From contig DASXRC010000021.1 in the NCBI GenBank assembly GCA_036506795.1, forward strand, positions 17,190 through 81,189: a DNA stretch of 64,000 nucleotides, written 5' to 3'. Shown here one piece after another: positions 63,005-64,000 of this stretch (positions are counted from its first letter, which is position 1; the number at the start of each line of letters is the position of its first letter). The stretch is from Micromonosporaceae bacterium. Its GTDB lineage: Bacteria > Actinomycetota > Actinomycetes > Mycobacteriales > Micromonosporaceae. The notes under the pieces were generated by a model. The model searched no databases. It saw only the letters and a program-made list of their open reading frames with translations, and had not been told where the DNA came from. The translations under genes and the position numbers were made by a program.

Positions 63005-64000
63005 GCAGAGTCCGGCTGACCGTCGCCCAGGCCCTCGTGCGCTTCCTGGCCAACCAGTGGACCGAGCGCGACGGAGCAGAGCGCCGCGCGATCGTCGGGT
63101 GCTTCGGCATCTTCGGGCACGGAAACGTGGCCGGGGTCGGGCAGGCGCTCCTGGAGGCCCGGCTGACCGGCTCGGCGGGCCTCCCGTACCACCTGGCCCG
63201 CAACGAGCAGGCCATGGTGCACGCGGCCGTGGGGTACGCCCGGATGACCAACCGGCTGCAGGCGTTCGCGTGCACGGCGTCGATCGGGCCCGGCTCGACG
63301 AACATGCTCACCGGTGCCGCGTTGGCCACCATCAACCGCATCCCGGTGTTGCTGCTGCCCAGTGACGCGTTCGCGACCAGGGTCGCCAACCCGGTGCTCC
63401 AGGAGCTGGAGGACCCTCGCTCGTACGACATCTCCGTCAACGACGCGTTCCGGCCGCTGTCCCGGTTCTTCGACCGGGTCAACCGCCCAGAGCAGCTGGC
63501 CTCGGCGCTGCTCGGCGCGATGCGGGTGCTGTTCGACCCGGCCGAGACCGGAGCGGTTACCCTCGCCTTGCCCCAGGACGTGCAGGCCGAGGCGTACGAC
63601 TGGCCGGAGGCCCTGTTCGACAAGCGGGTGTGGCACGTGGCGCGCGCGGTGCCCGAGCCTGCCGCCCTCGACCGGGCGGCGCGCCTGGTGCGCGAGGCCC
63701 GGCGGCCCCTGGTCGTGGCCGGCGGCGGCGTCATCTACGCCGAGGCGAGCGGCGCGCTGCGCCGGCTGGCGGACGAGACCGGCATCCCGGTCGCCGACAC
63801 CCAGGCCGGCAAGGGCGCGCTGCCGTGGGATCACCCATCCGCGGTGGGCGGTGTCGGCGCGACCGGGTCGGCCGCCGCGAACGCGCTCGCCCGGGAGGCC
63901 GATGTGGTAGTCGGCATCGGTACGCGGTACAGCGACTTCACCACCGCGTCGCGGACGGCGTTCGCCGATCTGGCGGTGCGCTTCGTGAACCTCAACGTGA
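63001..64000 (+). CDS. iolD: 3D-(3,5/4)-trihydroxycyclohexane-1,2-dione acylhydrolase (TPP enzyme), 5' fragment running off the window
   Basis: Not in the ORF track because there is no stop in the window. Hand translation from GTG 63001 gives VSRVRLTVAQALVRFLANQWTERDG...GIFGHGNVAGVGQAL...NEQAMVHAAVGYARM...ASIGPGSTNMLTGAA. Confidence 0.88.
   Translation, partial: MSRVRLTVAQALVRFLANQWTERDGAERRAIVGCFGIFGHGNVAGVGQALLEARLTGSAGLPYHLARNEQAMVHAAVGYARMTNRLQAFACTASIGPGSTNMLTGAALATINRIPVLLLPSDAFATRVANPVLQELEDPRSYDISVNDAFRPLSRFFDRVNRPEQLASALLGAMRVLFDPAETGAVTLALPQDVQAEAYDWPEALFDKRVWHVARAVPEPAALDRAARLVREARRPLVVAGGGVIYAEASGALRRLADETGIPVADTQAGKGALPWDHPSAVGGVGATGSAAANALAREADVVVGIGTRYSDFTTASRTAFADLAVRFVNLNV

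Noticed and set aside
1-64000. Scan for rRNA, tRNA, CRISPR arrays, transposases, integrases and phage genes
   Set aside because: No regularly spaced direct repeats were seen. No cloverleaf-like AT-richer islands of tRNA size were seen. None of the ORF translations showed DDE-transposase, tyrosine/serine-recombinase or phage structural motifs. This was done by eye only; tRNAscan-SE, Infernal and ISEScan would be decisive.

Overview
Very GC-rich, actinobacterial-type chromosomal segment, densely coding on both strands. Gene starts were re-picked by hand from the ORF track using frame checks, RBS spacing and ATGA/GTGA coupling.

Left third (1-18037): the 3' part of a hybrid NRPS-PKS-NRPS biosynthetic cluster.
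- An NRPS A-PCP fragment that runs in from upstream.
- A PKS whose motifs read KS-AT-KR-DH-carrier.
- An MbtH-like protein and a TauD/CAS-type dioxygenase.
- A C-A-PCP module with hand-derived code DLTKVGEVGK (Asn-like).
- A terminal C-A-PCP-TE module with code DVWHISLIDK (Ser-like). Its thioesterase has Cys at the nucleophile position, and the protein continues in frame into an MFS_3-type transporter.
- A MaoC dehydratase and an MDR oxidoreductase follow, and an Sfp-type PPTase lies about 4 kb further on.

Middle: mixed genes.
- Hemerythrin, AI-2E transporter, pirin and a MEDS-STAS/RsbW-like pair.
- SDRs, AraC, an NhaA-DsbA fusion, dodecin, two MMPL transporters, LysR and a CBS protein.
- A degenerate Ser/Thr pseudokinase next to a Cys/His hypothetical protein.
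- Two decayed genes and several unexplained repeats.

Right third:
- A ROK-regulated sugar ABC transporter with a SIS protein, a GH2 exo-glucosaminidase-like enzyme and a GH20 hexosaminidase.
- Two PadR modules. One is fused to a GT87 membrane glycosyltransferase, and both start codons sit inside the same palindrome.
- A myo-inositol catabolic cluster: GntR, Gfo/Idh/MocA, iolC, an aldolase, iolB and a partial iolD.

No rRNA, tRNA, CRISPR array, transposase or integrase was recognised. All family calls come from motif recognition by eye; no searches were run.
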